This document shows, in pieces, positions 42,372 through 43,442 of a DNA stretch of 43,442 nt (positions are counted from its first letter, which is position 1; every line of letters begins with the position of its first letter). The DNA lies in NCBI GenBank assembly GCA_964482065.1, contig CAYZWC010000001.1, positions 1 through 43,442 of the forward strand, written 5' to 3'. A model generated the notes under the pieces. It saw only the letters and a program-made list of their open reading frames with translations. It did no database searches and was not told where the DNA came from. The DNA comes from an uncultured Gammaproteobacteria bacterium. GTDB lineage: Bacteria; Patescibacteriota; Patescibacteriia; JAQUQO01. Both the position numbers and the translations under genes were made by a program.

Positions 42372-43307
42372 TTATTCAAAATTCAGGGCAATAGCGACGG
42401 CTTCGCAAAAATTGGTGTAGCTCTGCCCCGCCTTTGCTGTTTCTATGGACCTGGTGAAATCAAGTATACCTTCCAATTCAGACCTTTTGTAGAGTTCCAG
42501 AAGAAAAACGGAGAGCTGTACGTTGGGCATGAATTTCAAGATACTCCAGTCCACGAGACCATCCGAAAAAAGAATGATTCTTTTTATTGAGGCGCTTTGA
42601 AAAACTTTGCTTTGCCAGAGTTGGTCAAAGTTTGGATCGCCGTTCAGAAAAGAATATCCACCTTCCGTTTTTGCGTTGTTGATTACGCGGATCTTTTCTT
42701 TCTTAAGAATGGGATAAAAACGGTTCCACATCTCCCGACGTATAGCCGATAGTTCTTCATCTTGGATTGAACCAAGTTCAACGTTTCGCTCGGCGGCAAT
42801 TTCCGACATGATTTTTTCGATAGTTTGATGCATTTTTTGATCGGAAACCGCTACTTGGTTTTCCGTGAAGAAGATTTCTCCGTTTTTTTGCTCAACCAGA
42901 GCAAAACAATCACCGCCGGTGATTATGTGCGTGAGCGATGCAGATACTTTCATAGCAGCGAAACAAAGTCCGGCCAGCCGGATAATTTCCGGGTCGCCCT
43001 CTATATCGGTTTTCTGCTCATGGATTGCGCTGTTTACAGACCTTAGCACATTGGGTAAAGTAGGCTGACTTTGAAAAGTTTTTTCAGCTGTTCTGGCGGA
43101 TAATTCACCGAGCGTCATGCCGTTGTGAATAATAGCCGGGTGCTCTGCGCAGAAGGGGCCGCTAAAAGCGTCCACCACCAGAGCCATGTCTGCAGATATA
43201 CTGAATCCGTCTTCCCGATTTTTTGCATCCCCCTGGCTGTAGATTTGTTCAAAACTACCAAAATCAAAAGTTCCCTTATTTTTTTTCAAAACAGTTTTCA
43301 TTTCCAA
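42372..43307 (-). CDS. hypothetical protein, possibly a PP2C-fold phosphatase-like protein
   Basis: 311-aa ORF and the only minus-strand gene. It shows a loose PP2C-like motif series: NREDGFSI, LVVDAFSG, ITGGDCFALV and ILFSDGLVD. The canonical DGMGG motif is not conserved. Confidence 0.4.
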   Translation of the reverse strand: MEMKTVLKKNKGTFDFGSFEQIYSQGDAKNREDGFSISADMALVVDAFSGPFCAEHPAIIHNGMTLGELSARTAEKTFQSQPTLPNVLRSVNSAIHEQKTDIEGDPEIIRLAGLCFAAMKVSASLTHIITGGDCFALVEQKNGEIFFTENQVAVSDQKMHQTIEKIMSEIAAERNVELGSIQDEELSAIRREMWNRFYPILKKEKIRVINNAKTEGGYSFLNGDPNFDQLWQSKVFQSASIKRIILFSDGLVDWSILKFMPNVQLSVFLLELYKRSELEGILDFTRSIETAKAGQSYTNFCEAVAIALNFE

Positions 43308-43346
43308 TCCTTCCCCTGAATTTAATTGTCAATAAACAATCTTTAT

Positions 43347-43375
43347 ATATTACACTGTTGTTTCATTTTTGTCAA
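43347..43375 (-). promoter_or_regulatory. candidate sigma70-type promoter for the minus-strand gene
   Basis: On the minus strand: TTGACA (43375-43370), an exact 17-nt spacer and TAATAT (43352-43347). A purine-rich RBS (ggggaagga) lies just upstream of the ATG at 43307. Confidence 0.45.
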
Positions 43376-43395
43376 ACTTGATTTTTACGTGTCGT

Positions 43396-43439
43396 AGCCA
43401 TATGATAATGTCATAGTACAGCCATTTAGAAATGTCATA
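43396..43439. repeat. two tandem 20-nt direct repeats with 24-nt period, upstream of the minus-strand promoter
   Basis: agccatatgataatgtcata (43396-43415) and agccatttagaaatgtcata (43420-43439) are identical at 15 of 20 positions. The conserved half-sites are AGCCAT and AATGTCATA. Confidence 0.7.
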
Positions 43440-43442
43440 CTT

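Overview
This is an AT-rich, tightly packed window. 36 consecutive genes lie on the + strand, several with ATGA stop/start overlaps, followed by one convergent gene at the 3' end. Composition, compaction and gene content suggest a small-genome bacterium of the Patescibacteria/CPR type. That is inference only and I cannot verify it here.

Positions 1-9.7 kb hold housekeeping genes: trxB, gdhA, a purN-like gene, an abnormally long leuS, ugd, a small ferredoxin, apt and MTA phosphorylase.

Positions ~9.7-42.3 kb (arguably from ugd at 6.9 kb) look like one very large surface-glycan locus. It contains:
- nucleotide-sugar dehydrogenases and epimerases, and a GT-C-like membrane protein
- sulfate activation genes cysD-cysN, translationally coupled to a cytoplasmic alkaline-phosphatase-superfamily protein
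- a nonulosonic-acid block: radical SAM/SPASM, a divergent NeuB-like gene, a cytidylyltransferase-cupin fusion, canonical NeuB, NeuC, a formyltransferase and a CBS-aminotransferase fusion
- a Wzx flippase, an orphan 615-aa GT-B-like protein, a second AlkP paralogue and an AsnB-like amidotransferase
- GT4, GT2 and initiating phosphoglycosyl transferases, a Wzy/O-antigen-ligase-like protein, a CapA + ATP-grasp pair, and a lone TPP-dependent E1-alpha subunit

No rRNA, tRNA or CRISPR array was seen, and no IS element with a recognisable transposase.

The most unusual items are:
1. leuS encodes 1242 aa because two complete foreign domains are translated in-frame inside it. One is a GxxExxY / PD-(D/E)XK nuclease module bracketed by inverted clusters of a CGCGGA motif. 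The other is a YdeN/RBBP9-like alpha/beta serine hydrolase inserted between the two CxxC halves of the second zinc knuckle.
2. The cysDN-AlkP module has no APS kinase or recognisable sulfotransferase in the window, and CysN has a degenerate guanine-specificity motif.
3. The nonulosonic-acid/formyl/amidotransferase/ATP-grasp gene set suggests an elaborately decorated glycan.

All family assignments come from motif recognition by eye. No database search was run.
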